Part shown: positions 62,914 through 64,000 of the stretch, one piece after another
Layout: the number at the start of each line of letters is the position of its first letter
Numbering within the stretch: position 1 is the stretch's first letter
Assembly (NCBI GenBank): GCA_965217585.1
Contig: OZ244561.1
Span: forward strand, 3,712,001-3,776,000
DNA from: Candidatus Latescibacterota bacterium
Lineage (GTDB): Bacteria; Latescibacterota; UBA2968; UBA8231
Length of the DNA: 64,000 nt
Reading direction: 5' to 3'
Position numbers and translations under genes: made by a program
Notes under the pieces: model-generated
What the model saw: only the letters and a program-made list of their open reading frames with translations
Databases searched by the model: none
What the model was told of the DNA's origin: nothing

Positions 62914-64000
62914 ATGGACGGTCCGCGCAACCGTTTCGCCAAGGAGTCAGCTCTTCTGCTCGGTGCCGCTCTGGCCCTGTGTTCGGCCTACGCCGAGCTA
63001 GGGGGGGAATCGCCGGCACCGGCTGCGGTAGCCTCCGTCCATTCCGCACGGATAGGGTACCGCAGCAAGACGGATCAGTGGCGTCAGGTCCTGCGGCGGG
63101 ATCCCTCTGATCGGGAGGCCCACATCCGCCTGGCCGGTGCGCTACTTGAAGAAGGTGCGGGTGAGGCTGCGATTGCGGCCTGCAGGGCCGGCCTAGCCGT
63201 GGATTCCACCCTAGTTCCCCTCTACGGCATCCTCGCCGCTGTGTACGCGCGTGAGGGCCGCTATATGCAGGCCATCGACAACCTGGAAAAAGCGGTGAAA
63301 CTGCAGCCGGACTACGCGGTTGGATACGCCAACCTAGGAGGGATGTACACCAAGCTGGGTCGTTACGAGCAGGCCGAACAAAGCCTCGAACGCGCCCGGG
63401 ACCTCGCTCCGGAGCGGCCTTCGATCTACCGGCGGCTGGGCGAACTCTATTTGAACACGGATCGGCCCCGGGCCGCCGTACGCCAGTTCGAGCAGGCGGC
63501 CCGGTTAAATCCAGATGAAGGGGTTGTATTTTATCTGGCGGGGAAGGCGCACGAAGCCCTCGGCCACAACGAAGAGGCTTGGCAGGCTTATAGAAAAGCA
63601 GCGCGGCTGAACATTTCGCTCGAAGAGGCGCTTTTCCGGGTGGCTACGCTGGGACGGCGGTTGGGGTACAAAGCCGAGGCGGATTCCGCCCTGCAAGCAT
63701 TTCACCGCCTGCGGCAAATCGGCGAGCAGGACAGAGCCCTGGCCATCCAGAAGCACAAACTCAGAACGGCTGTGCTCAATACCCCGGAAAATCCTTCCTA
63801 CCACTACGACCTGGGAGTGTTTTTCGCCGGCCTAGGCTACCATGACGAGGCGGTCAATAAATTCGATCGGGTGCTCCAGATGAGGCCGGAGGATTTCACC
63901 ACCATGACGCGCAAAGGCAATGTCCTTGCTGCTCTGGGAAAAATCGCAGCAGCGTTGGAATTCTATGGCCAGGCCCTGCGCTTGGCACCGGATTTCCCAC
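62914..64000 (+). CDS. TPR repeat protein (3'-partial; missing from ORF track)
   Basis: ATG at 62914 gives MDGPRNRFAKESALLLGAALALCS... then TPRs (LQPDYAVGYANLGGMYTKLGRYEQA). Frame is open to the window end. Confidence 0.85.
   Translation, partial: MDGPRNRFAKESALLLGAALALCSAYAELGGESPAPAAVASVHSARIGYRSKTDQWRQVLRRDPSDREAHIRLAGALLEEGAGEAAIAACRAGLAVDSTLVPLYGILAAVYAREGRYMQAIDNLEKAVKLQPDYAVGYANLGGMYTKLGRYEQAEQSLERARDLAPERPSIYRRLGELYLNTDRPRAAVRQFEQAARLNPDEGVVFYLAGKAHEALGHNEEAWQAYRKAARLNISLEEALFRVATLGRRLGYKAEADSALQAFHRLRQIGEQDRALAIQKHKLRTAVLNTPENPSYHYDLGVFFAGLGYHDEAVNKFDRVLQMRPEDFTTMTRKGNVLAALGKIAAALEFYGQALRLAPDFP

Overview
GC-rich (visually ~60-65%) bacterial window. The gene families (WGxxK-tailed secreted proteins, FlgD-type C-terminal domains, DUF6785-like transporters, many TPR proteins) point, by inference, to a Latescibacterota/Handelsmanbacteria/Poribacteria-like lineage. 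1-10.6 kb: ABC-permease/LVIVD paralogs, a TlpA-type thioredoxin split by an in-frame TAG, an SDR, a class III aminotransferase, a divergent PurF-like protein and a creatininase. 10.7-17.1 kb: a type III R-M insert with intact Mod and a Res gene broken by a frameshift and probable deletion. The main feature is two homologous envelope gene cassettes (A ~17.2-37.6 kb, B ~40.2-64 kb). They share ~900-aa putative outer-membrane proteins with an acidic, probably Ca-binding insert (4 paralogs), a CBM9-like WGxxK-tail protein, a DUF6785-like transporter, a parvulin lipoprotein and TPR proteins. A adds three FlgD-domain proteins. B adds ExbB/ExbD/ExbD, a TonB-type-anchored DUF4159 protein and a GH42-like hydrolase. 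No classical TonB-dependent receptor is recognisable, so this is a candidate undescribed pmf-driven uptake or secretion system. No rRNA, tRNA or CRISPR seen. Family assignments are from motif recognition, not database searches.
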